From NCBI GenBank assembly GCA_965249575.1, contig OZ252244.1:3160702-3224701 (forward strand): 64,000 nucleotides of DNA, written 5' to 3'. The position numbers and the translations under genes are program-made. The notes under the pieces are model-generated. The model was not told the origin of the DNA. It saw only the letters and a list, made by a program, of their open reading frames with translations, and made no database searches. The stretch comes from Gemmatimonadales bacterium. Its GTDB lineage: Bacteria; Gemmatimonadota; Gemmatimonadetes; Gemmatimonadales; GWC2-71-9. Shown here piece by piece: positions 53,764 to 61,622 of this stretch (position 1 is its first letter; each line of letters starts with the position of its first letter).

Positions 53764-54597
53764 TTGGGCGGCGTGTTTACCGAGCTTCATTTCGTCGCCC
53801 TGGCTGCCTACGGCGTCACAGCTAGTCTGGTCCTGGTGGCGCTTTTCAGGCTACCCGGCGGTCGAATGGTGGGGTCGCTACCGCTCGCCACGTCGGCTGG
53901 GGCTGTCGGCATTCACTTCTTCGCGTTGGTGGCGTACGCTGTAGGATCCGGAACCCTTCCGCTCGCTGGGCTGGCCCCCTCCCTGTCATCACTTGCGTTT
54001 CTCGTCGGTCTGATAGCCGTGGGCATTCAGTGGTTGACGCGCGAGGCTGGGATCACCGTCGTGGCGGGGCCGTTAGCTGTGATCCTTCTTGCGGGGGCAT
54101 TGATGGCCGGTTTCGGGCCAGTGCCCGCGGGAGCCTCGCCGCAGGGGGGATGGTTTGTTTTGCACACAGCGACGAGCTTTCTCGGGATCGCGCTGCTCAT
54201 GGTCGCCTTCGCGGCGGCCGCTCTGTACCTCCTGCAGCATCGAGAGTTGAAGGGAAGGCGTTTCGGAGCCACTTTTTGGTTTCTCCCGCCTCTGGAGCAG
54301 GTCGACCGACTGAACCATTTGGCTCTTCTCGGGGGACTGCCCGCACTCACCGTAGGTGTACTACTCGCGCTGGTGTTCGGCGGCTCCAATCAATCGGTCA
54401 GGGATGCGGTCGGTGCCCCACACTTGGTGTGGGGCACGCTTTCCTGGCTCGTTGTTGCGGCGGTAGCGGTGGCGCGCCTCAGCGGGTGGGTGCGGGGACG
54501 TCGGGCGGCTTGGGCGTCTATTGCGGGATTTGCGACCGTGGCGCTGGCGTACATCATCTTGGTGGGGCTGCGCGCCGGCGGGACTCGATTTCTCTAG
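53764..54597 (+). CDS. Cytochrome c assembly (CcsA/HemX-like) membrane protein
   Basis: Multiple TM segments, W...H and LPPLEQ.DRL; directly upstream of hemA. Confidence 0.75.
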   Translation: MGGVFTELHFVALAAYGVTASLVLVALFRLPGGRMVGSLPLATSAGAVGIHFFALVAYAVGSGTLPLAGLAPSLSSLAFLVGLIAVGIQWLTREAGITVVAGPLAVILLAGALMAGFGPVPAGASPQGGWFVLHTATSFLGIALLMVAFAAAALYLLQHRELKGRRFGATFWFLPPLEQVDRLNHLALLGGLPALTVGVLLALVFGGSNQSVRDAVGAPHLVWGTLSWLVVAAVAVARLSGWVRGRRAAWASIAGFATVALAYIILVGLRAGGTRFL

Positions 54598-54686
54598 ATC
54601 CCTGGCGCAGCTGTGCGTTGTCGTGTGGGCGCCGGCCCGCCGGATCGCCGGGGGGAATGTGACACGATGAGGGGTACCACCACGGG

Positions 54687-55964
54687 ATGAGTCTCGTTGT
54701 TATCGGCCTCAACCATCGGACGGCGCCGATCGAAGTCCGTGAGCGCTTGACGTGGCCGCGGGCCGAAGTGCCGGGCGTGCTCACCAGCATTCTCGATCGT
54801 GGAAGCTCGGGCGCCGTGCTGGTGTCGACGTGCAACCGTACGGAGTTCTACGCGGCCGATCCCGATCAGGCCGCGCTCACCGAAATCCGGCGGTGGGCGT
54901 CCCAGCGTCTGGGACATCCGATCGACGACTATGCGTACGTGCTGCACGAAGGCGAGGTCGTTCGCCATCTGTTCCGCGTGGCCGCTGGTCTCGATTCCAT
55001 GGTTCTCGGCGAGTCGCAAGTGCAGGGTCAGGTACGAGAGGCGTGGGAGGAAGCGCAAGCGTTTGCGGGGCCACTGCTGAACCGCCTGTTCCAGTCGGCC
55101 CTCCGCGCCGGCGGGCGCGTTCGCGCTGAGACCGGCCTGGGGAGTGGAACCGCGTCGGTGCCGTCAGCCTGCGTGGACCTCGCCAAGAAGATCTTCGCTG
55201 ACCTGTCGGACCGCCGTGCGCTAGTCGTGGGTGCTGGGGACATGGCGGAACTCGCGGCGGGGTGCTTGGCGTCGGAGGGTGTTCGGTCGCTCTCCGTTGC
55301 GAATCGCGACGAGGAGCGCTCGAGCCGGATCGCCGAGCGCCTCGGGGGTCGCGCGGTCCCCTTCGGGGAACTCCATGAGGCCTTTCGGGAAGCTGACCTC
55401 GTCGTAAGCTCGACCGCCGCCTCGCAACCGATCGTGACGGCAGCACTCGTCGCGGCCGCGGTCGAGGGTCGGAACGGGCGCCCGCTCTGTATTCTCGACA
55501 TCGCCGTGCCGCGAGATGTCGATCCGGAGGTGGCCAGCCTCGAGAACGTGTTCTTGTACGACATCGACGATCTACAGAGTGTGGTGGCGGCGGCGATCGG
55601 CGATCGGCGGCAGGAGATCCCCCGGGCGGAGCGTATTGTCTCACAGGAGTATGAGTTCTTCTGGCGGTGGTATGTGGGCCTGGAGGCGGTCGGATCGATT
55701 CGCGCGCTTCGGGGGCGTATCGACGAGGTACGTCGCGCGGAAGTGGAACGGGCACTGAGACGGCTTGCTCACCTCGATGTGGGCGATCGAGAGCGCATCG
55801 AGCAGCTGACCCGCACCCTGATGAACAAGTTCCTGCACGAACCCACCGTGCGGCTGCGAGCGGCTGGTGGCACGCCCGAGGGTGGGCGGCTGGCCGAGGC
55901 CGTGCGACATCTCTTTGATCTAGAGGAGCTGAACGTGAACGACTCAGCATCGCGCGATTCATGA
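54687..55964 (+). CDS. hemA: Glutamyl-tRNA reductase
   Basis: HRTAPIEVRE, STCNRTE, GLDSMVLGE.QV.GQV and DIAVPRD motifs. Confidence 0.95.
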   Translation: MSLVVIGLNHRTAPIEVRERLTWPRAEVPGVLTSILDRGSSGAVLVSTCNRTEFYAADPDQAALTEIRRWASQRLGHPIDDYAYVLHEGEVVRHLFRVAAGLDSMVLGESQVQGQVREAWEEAQAFAGPLLNRLFQSALRAGGRVRAETGLGSGTASVPSACVDLAKKIFADLSDRRALVVGAGDMAELAAGCLASEGVRSLSVANRDEERSSRIAERLGGRAVPFGELHEAFREADLVVSSTAASQPIVTAALVAAAVEGRNGRPLCILDIAVPRDVDPEVASLENVFLYDIDDLQSVVAAAIGDRRQEIPRAERIVSQEYEFFWRWYVGLEAVGSIRALRGRIDEVRRAEVERALRRLAHLDVGDRERIEQLTRTLMNKFLHEPTVRLRAAGGTPEGGRLAEAVRHLFDLEELNVNDSASRDS

Positions 55965-56911
55965 GCCAACGTGTTGTAGTTTCTGGAGGCGCCGGATTCA
56001 TCGGATCCCATGTAGTCGATGGCTATATAGCCGCTGGGTATGAGGTAACCGTTGTGGACAACCTCTCCAGTGGCCGGCGCGAGAACGTACCTAAGGGCGC
56101 CGCGCTCGTCGTGTGTGACATCGGCTCCGAAGAGGCTCGTGATTTGGTGGCGACGGGTGGGTTCACGATCTTGAACCACCACGCTGCTCAGTTGGACGTC
56201 CGCGTATCGGTAGACGATCCAGAGCTCGACGCCCGTGAAAACATCCTCGGACTCCTCAACCTGCTGCAGGGGGGCCGCGACGGCAGTGTGGAGCGGGTCT
56301 TGTTCGCCTCCTCGGGAGGTGTGGTGTACGATGAACGGAGCCAATTGCCTCACGCCGAGACGGCGCCGAAACTCCCGGTCTCGCCGTACGGTGTGAGCAA
56401 GCTGGCGTCGGAATACTACTTGGCCGCTTATGGCCGGCTTTACGACCTAGAGGTGGTGTCGCTGCGATACGCCAACGTTTTTGGGCCTCGCCAGAGCCCG
56501 CATGGGGAGGCCGGGGTCGTCGCCATCTTCGGGAATCGAATCAAGCGGGGTCAGGAGTTGACGGTCTTCGGCGGTGGCGAGCAGACGCGAGACTATGTGT
56601 TCGTGGAGGATGTCGCGCGGGCGAACGTCTCGGCGAGCACTTGTGCCATCCCGCCAGTCTCCGACCTCGATGCGCGTGCTTTCAATGTCGGTACGGGGTC
56701 GGAAACGAGCGTCAACGGCCTCGTGGAGAGCATGCTGTCCGCGACCGGAAGCGACGTGGCGGTCCGGCACGCTCCGGCCCGCCCGGGCGAGCTGAGCCGC
56801 AGCGCCGTGAGCTTTGAAAAGGCGGAGCGCGCCTGGGGGTGGCGACCCGAAGTGTCGCTGATTCAGGGGCTCGGCGAAACCTATGCCTGGATTGAGGAAG
56901 CCTCGACATGA
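55961..56911 (+). CDS. NAD-dependent epimerase (UDP-glucose 4-epimerase-like)
   Basis: GGAGFIGSH, AAQLDVR.S, SPYGVSK and YANVFGPRQ motifs. Confidence 0.85.
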   Translation: MSQRVVVSGGAGFIGSHVVDGYIAAGYEVTVVDNLSSGRRENVPKGAALVVCDIGSEEARDLVATGGFTILNHHAAQLDVRVSVDDPELDARENILGLLNLLQGGRDGSVERVLFASSGGVVYDERSQLPHAETAPKLPVSPYGVSKLASEYYLAAYGRLYDLEVVSLRYANVFGPRQSPHGEAGVVAIFGNRIKRGQELTVFGGGEQTRDYVFVEDVARANVSASTCAIPPVSDLDARAFNVGTGSETSVNGLVESMLSATGSDVAVRHAPARPGELSRSAVSFEKAERAWGWRPEVSLIQGLGETYAWIEEAST

Positions 56912-57624
56912 TGCTGCAAGTTGGCCGGGCGGTGCCGACCACGGCCTGGGAGCTGGTGACCGTCTCGAGCACGGAGACCAAGGCCGTCCTGATCGTTCTG
57001 ATGGTGTTCTCGCTCGTCAGTTGGTTCCTGATCGTTCTCAAGTGGTGGCAGCTGCGACGGGTCAGGCGGCAGGCCGATCGGTTCTTTGCAGCGCTGGAGC
57101 GTACGTCGAGCCTCCAAGATGCCTACCACGCAGTGATGAAGCTTCCGGGCTCTCCCTATGGACGGTTGCTGCGCGAGGGAATCAACTTCTTTAGTGAGCT
57201 CCGGCCCGGTGCCCTCCATGACCGTGCCGCTGCGGAAGGAAACTCGGTGCTGAGCGTGACTCAGCTGGAGGCGCTTCGACTGGTGCTTGCGAAAGAAGTC
57301 GCCGCCGAGCGTGATGTCATGGCGCGGTTCATTCCATGGCTCGCGACGATCGGTTCGGTCAGCCCTCTACTCGGCCTGCTGGGCACGGTGCTCGGCGTCA
57401 TGGATGCGTTCATCGGCATAGCCACGGGAGGGTCGGGCAATATCGCCGCGGTGGCCCCGGGGGTGGCTGAGGCGTTGGTCACCACCGTGGTCGGCTTGGC
57501 GGTGGCGATTCCGGCGGTCATCGCATACAACCTGCTCGCCAATCGCCTCGGTGTGTACGCCGGGGAGCTCGAGGGGTTTGCCCACGAGATCATTGGCACG
57601 ATGGCGAGGGAGGGAAGGATCTAG
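56908..57624 (+). CDS. tolQ: TolQ (MotA/TolQ/ExbB family)
   Basis: PLLGLLGTVLG and APGVAEAL.TT..GL.VAIPA; tol-pal context. Confidence 0.85.
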   Translation: MMLQVGRAVPTTAWELVTVSSTETKAVLIVLMVFSLVSWFLIVLKWWQLRRVRRQADRFFAALERTSSLQDAYHAVMKLPGSPYGRLLREGINFFSELRPGALHDRAAAEGNSVLSVTQLEALRLVLAKEVAAERDVMARFIPWLATIGSVSPLLGLLGTVLGVMDAFIGIATGGSGNIAAVAPGVAEALVTTVVGLAVAIPAVIAYNLLANRLGVYAGELEGFAHEIIGTMAREGRI

Positions 57625-57626
57625 CG

Positions 57627-58049
57627 ATGGCGGAAGGGGGCCTGCGAGGACACGGGGAGCTTCCGCTCACCGCGGATATCAACGTGACGTCACTGGTCGA
57701 TGTCGCCTTCGTCCTGTTGATCATCTTCATGATCACTGCGCCGATCATGCAGGGCGGCGTCGATGTCCAGCTCCCGAGAGCGGAGGCGCGTCCCATTCAG
57801 CCCAAAGAGGGACTCGTCGTGTCCATCGACCGACAGGGGCGGATATTCATGGACGAGACGGCTCTCTCTTTTGACGATTTCCGTGCGGCGTTCGGCGCGA
57901 TCGTTTCCTCGCGCCGGCCCGAGGGCGTGTATTTGCGCGCCGACTCCCGCGTGGATTACGGGTTGGTCGTCCGTGTGCTCGCGCTCATGCGGGCCTCTGG
58001 TGTGAACGACGTGGGGCTCGTGGCTGAGTCTGAAGAGATCATCCGATGA
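57627..58049 (+). CDS. tolR: TolR (ExbD family)
   Basis: INVTSLVDVAFVLLIIFMITAP and LRAD motifs. Confidence 0.85.
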   Translation: MAEGGLRGHGELPLTADINVTSLVDVAFVLLIIFMITAPIMQGGVDVQLPRAEARPIQPKEGLVVSIDRQGRIFMDETALSFDDFRAAFGAIVSSRRPEGVYLRADSRVDYGLVVRVLALMRASGVNDVGLVAESEEIIR

Positions 58050-58750
58050 GGAGAGCCCGGCGCCACCGGTCATCCCGATCACTCGGAGAAACGAGGCTAG
58101 CATTGGCGAGTACGCTCGCTGTGCACGTGCTGGCCGTGGCCGTCATGGGTGGGAGCGCCGGGTCACGGCGGGCCGCACCCCCCGTGTACAGTGTGCAGCT
58201 CGTCGCGGCGCCCCGCCCCGAGCCGTCTGCCCGACGGGCACCAGAAGCGCTCCAGAGGCCCGCGGACCGAGCCGTGCCAGTGTCGCAGCCCCCGCCTCGG
58301 CGGCGTACCTCGGTTGCGGAGACGCCGCCCCCTCCCGTCCGGACTCCGGATCTCTCACGCGAGCCTGCACCGCGCACGACGCCCGCGGAGGAGCCAGCTC
58401 CGAATGAGGAACCCTCGACAGGCACTGACGTGGCCACGGTCAAGACGACCGGGGTCGATTTCCCGTATCCGGAATACCTGAGAAACCTGGTCGCCCAAGT
58501 GTATCGGCGCTGGCACCGGCCCGAGAGTGGCGTTCCGCTGCGCGCGGAGGTTTTCTTTCTCGTACACCGAGATGGGTCGGTGTCGAGTCTGCAATTCCTC
58601 AAGCGGTCCGGCAACTTTTCGTTCGACCTCGAGGCGCAGGGAGCCCTGGAGGCCGCGGGAAACGGCGGCGCGTTTGGGGAACTCCCTGACGGCTATGAAT
58701 CCGATGTCCTCCCGGTGAACTTCTTCTTCAATCCTGGCCCTCCGAGGTGA
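58046..58750 (+). CDS. TolA/TonB-like energy transducer
   Basis: TM with S-x4-H, Pro-rich linker and TonB_C-like SGN.SFD; lies between tolR and tolB. Confidence 0.75.
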   Translation: MRRARRHRSSRSLGETRLALASTLAVHVLAVAVMGGSAGSRRAAPPVYSVQLVAAPRPEPSARRAPEALQRPADRAVPVSQPPPRRRTSVAETPPPPVRTPDLSREPAPRTTPAEEPAPNEEPSTGTDVATVKTTGVDFPYPEYLRNLVAQVYRRWHRPESGVPLRAEVFFLVHRDGSVSSLQFLKRSGNFSFDLEAQGALEAAGNGGAFGELPDGYESDVLPVNFFFNPGPPR

Positions 58751-60147
58751 GGTGGAAGGCAGCTTGGTTTAGACGTGTGACCCTGCCTCCGTTGCTCGGT
58801 CTGGCGATCGCCACCGCGCCGGGCTGGCTCATCGCGCAGGATAGCGTGCCGCCCCTCGATCAGGAGGGCGTGCGGGTCGGCATCACGTACACGCCGGGAC
58901 TGCGGCCTGGGATGCTGGTTCTTGGCGGCACGCGGGATCAGCGCCTCGATTCCGTGCGTGCGATCATCCAGCGGGACCTCGACTACAGCGATCGGTTCGA
59001 AATCATTCGCCTCCCGGGTGGCGACAGCCTCACCGTTGGCCTGGCGGCTCCGGGCCCGGACTCGGGGATAGGTGCGGCCGGGTCGGCCACCACGGAAGCA
59101 GAGGCGACCTTCGTAAACTACCCCCTCTTTGGGGCCCTGGGTGCCGATTACGCCGTGAACGTGAGCGAGTCCCTTGACTCCGCACTTGAAGTGACGGTCT
59201 ACGACGTGCGGGGGGCCGGTATCCGTCGCGAGGTTCAGATTGGTCATATTCCCCCATCCGGTTCCGATTTCCGGATGCGGGTTCATCGAGCCAGTGACGA
59301 GGTCGTGCGAGCGGCAGCTGGCGCGGCCGGCATCGCCGCCACCCGCTTGCTCTTCATCCAGCGCGGTCGCGTGTACCGCATCGATTCGGACGGGGCTGAG
59401 CCGGCGGCATTGTCACCGGGCCGTGGCGGCGCGATGTCACCGACCTGGGCTCCCGACGGCCGGAAGGCCGTGTACATGGAGTTCTCGGAGGGCGCTGGCA
59501 GACTGTATGTCGTGGATGTGACGGCGGGAACGCGTCAGCTACTCGCGCCGACGGCGGACCAGCTCAACTTCAGTCCCGCCTTCGCCCCGGACGGGCAGAC
59601 GCTGGTCTTCGCCAGGGCCACGGGTGAGGGCACCGATCTGTATGCGTACAACCTCGCCCGGGACTGTTGCTTAGAGCGCTTGACGGTAGGCCGCTTTTCA
59701 GATAACCTAACCCCCACCCATAGTCCGGATGGACGCCGCATCGCGTTCGTATCGACCCGCGCGGGCGCGCCACAGGTTTATGTCATGGCCGCGGACGGGA
59801 CGGGGCAGGAGTTGTTTGCCCCGTTCGACTATGGTGTGACCGGAAGCTCGAACGCTCCGGAGTGGTCGCCGGACGGCCTGAACCTCGCGTTCCATCGGGA
59901 GGTGGCCGGTAGTCCGCAGGTGTTCGTAATGGACGTGGCCTCTCGGCGCGTCAAGCAGTTGACGAGTGCCGGGCGGAATGAAGACCCCACGTGGGCCCCG
60001 GACGGGCGCCACATCGCTTTCGTCTCTAGCCGGACGGGCTCGCGTCAGCTGTGGGTCATCGATCTCGATACGGGACGCGTACGGCAGCTCACGCGGCTTG
60101 GGCAGGCGCGGCTGCCCTCGTGGTCCCCCCGGATCTCGCAGCCCTAG
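58747..60147 (+). CDS. tolB: TolB-like beta-propeller protein
   Basis: DL..S.RF N-domain and repeated P.WSPDG..IAF (PD40) units. Confidence 0.85.
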   Translation: MRWKAAWFRRVTLPPLLGLAIATAPGWLIAQDSVPPLDQEGVRVGITYTPGLRPGMLVLGGTRDQRLDSVRAIIQRDLDYSDRFEIIRLPGGDSLTVGLAAPGPDSGIGAAGSATTEAEATFVNYPLFGALGADYAVNVSESLDSALEVTVYDVRGAGIRREVQIGHIPPSGSDFRMRVHRASDEVVRAAAGAAGIAATRLLFIQRGRVYRIDSDGAEPAALSPGRGGAMSPTWAPDGRKAVYMEFSEGAGRLYVVDVTAGTRQLLAPTADQLNFSPAFAPDGQTLVFARATGEGTDLYAYNLARDCCLERLTVGRFSDNLTPTHSPDGRRIAFVSTRAGAPQVYVMAADGTGQELFAPFDYGVTGSSNAPEWSPDGLNLAFHREVAGSPQVFVMDVASRRVKQLTSAGRNEDPTWAPDGRHIAFVSSRTGSRQLWVIDLDTGRVRQLTRLGQARLPSWSPRISQP

Positions 60148-60171
60148 AACCTAAGATTGGAGCGATCGACA

Positions 60172-60807
60172 ATGCGACTCAGCCTACCAATGACACTCGG
60201 TGTCGCCGTGATACTAGCGGCGGCGGCTTGCGGCGGCTCACCCCCTCCCGCACCACCACCGCAACCCAACGCTGACTCTATCGAGGCAGCGCGCCGAGCC
60301 CAGGCGAGGGCGGACTCGATTGCCCGGGAGCAGGCGCGCCGGGACAGCATTGCCCGCGCCGAGGCGGAGAGAGACCGCATCCGGCGGCAAGGAGAGGCCG
60401 ATTCGCTCGCGGCCCTTCGCAGTGAGACCGAGGCGGTCAGAGAAATGCTGGCCAGGAGAGTGAATTTCGATTTCGACCGGTCGAACATCCGGCCTGGTGA
60501 CGCGCAGGTGCTCGACCAAAAGCTCGCGATCCTGCAGGCGAATCCGGCGCTAAACATCGAGATCGCCGGACACTGTGATGAGCGCGGGTCCGACGAATAC
60601 AACCTGGCTCTCGGTAACCGGCGGGCGCTGTCTGCCAAGCAGTACCTGACGAGCCGGGGAATCGCCGACAACCGGGTCAGCACGCGGTCATTCGGCGAAG
60701 AGCGACCGATGGATCAGGGGAGTAATGAGGCGGCGTGGGAGCAGAACCGCCGAGATGAGTTCACCATTGCCGCCGGCGGGAACGTCCTGAAGCGTCCTGG
60801 GATGTGA
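60172..60807 (+). CDS. pal: Peptidoglycan-associated lipoprotein Pal
   Basis: Lipobox AAA-C, FDFDRS, GHCDERGSDEYNLALG.RRA, SFGEERP and NRR. Confidence 0.92.
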   Translation: MRLSLPMTLGVAVILAAAACGGSPPPAPPPQPNADSIEAARRAQARADSIAREQARRDSIARAEAERDRIRRQGEADSLAALRSETEAVREMLARRVNFDFDRSNIRPGDAQVLDQKLAILQANPALNIEIAGHCDERGSDEYNLALGNRRALSAKQYLTSRGIADNRVSTRSFGEERPMDQGSNEAAWEQNRRDEFTIAAGGNVLKRPGM

Positions 60808-61595
60808 CGCGGGTCTTGGTCGCCGCGAGCGTCGCGCTGAGTGCCTGTGCGCTCAAGGGCGATGTTCGGAGAGTTGAACGCGAGGTTCAGGAGTTGCGTG
60901 AGCAGACGGCCCGTGCCGATTCGGCACGGGCCGTCGAACTCGTTCGTATTCTCGCGCAGCTAGCGAGCATTCAATCCGTCGTTCTCGATTCCCTATCGTC
61001 CCACCAGCGCCGGTTCGCCTCCTTTCAAGGTGGTGTCGTCGGCGACCTGACCGAAGTACAACGGCAACTGGTACTGATCCAAGAACTCACCGGCCAGAGC
61101 CAGCAGCGTCTCTCCGAGTTTCGGAGGCAGCTCGAACGACGCGCCCAATCCAGGACGCCTCCTGCGACCCCAGTTCCCGCCGATTCGCTGTGGCCAGACG
61201 ATTCGCAGATGATCGAGGGGCCGGGACCCGAGGAGCTCTACGACGTTTCCCTCCAGCAGCTCCGGCGTGGGAGTCCGCAGACCGCGCGCCTGGGGTTCCA
61301 GACCCTCCTCCGGGAGTTCCCGTCGTACGACCGGGTGCCCGACGCGCGGTTCTTCGTCGGGGAGACGTGGGGTATCTCCAATCCAGACTCCGCCGCGGCC
61401 GCGTACGAACAGGTAGTGAGAGAGCACCCCGAATCCCCGCGGGCCCCGACGTCCCTGTACCGACTGGGGCTCCTGGCCGAGCAACTAGGTGATGGTGCCG
61501 CCGCCCGCATCTATTACCAGCGGGTACTGGCGGGCTATCCGAGATCCGACGAGGCGCCACTCGCGCGCAGCAAGCTCCAGGCATTGGGTCGCTGA
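60804..61595 (+). CDS. CpoB/YbgF-like coiled-coil plus TPR lipoprotein
   Basis: Lipobox LSA-C, N-terminal coiled coil and C-terminal TPRs; follows pal. Confidence 0.8.
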   Translation: MTRVLVAASVALSACALKGDVRRVEREVQELREQTARADSARAVELVRILAQLASIQSVVLDSLSSHQRRFASFQGGVVGDLTEVQRQLVLIQELTGQSQQRLSEFRRQLERRAQSRTPPATPVPADSLWPDDSQMIEGPGPEELYDVSLQQLRRGSPQTARLGFQTLLREFPSYDRVPDARFFVGETWGISNPDSAAAAYEQVVREHPESPRAPTSLYRLGLLAEQLGDGAAARIYYQRVLAGYPRSDEAPLARSKLQALGR

Positions 61596-61622
61596 GGGCT
61601 CGCCTCGCCCGCTAACCGTGGA

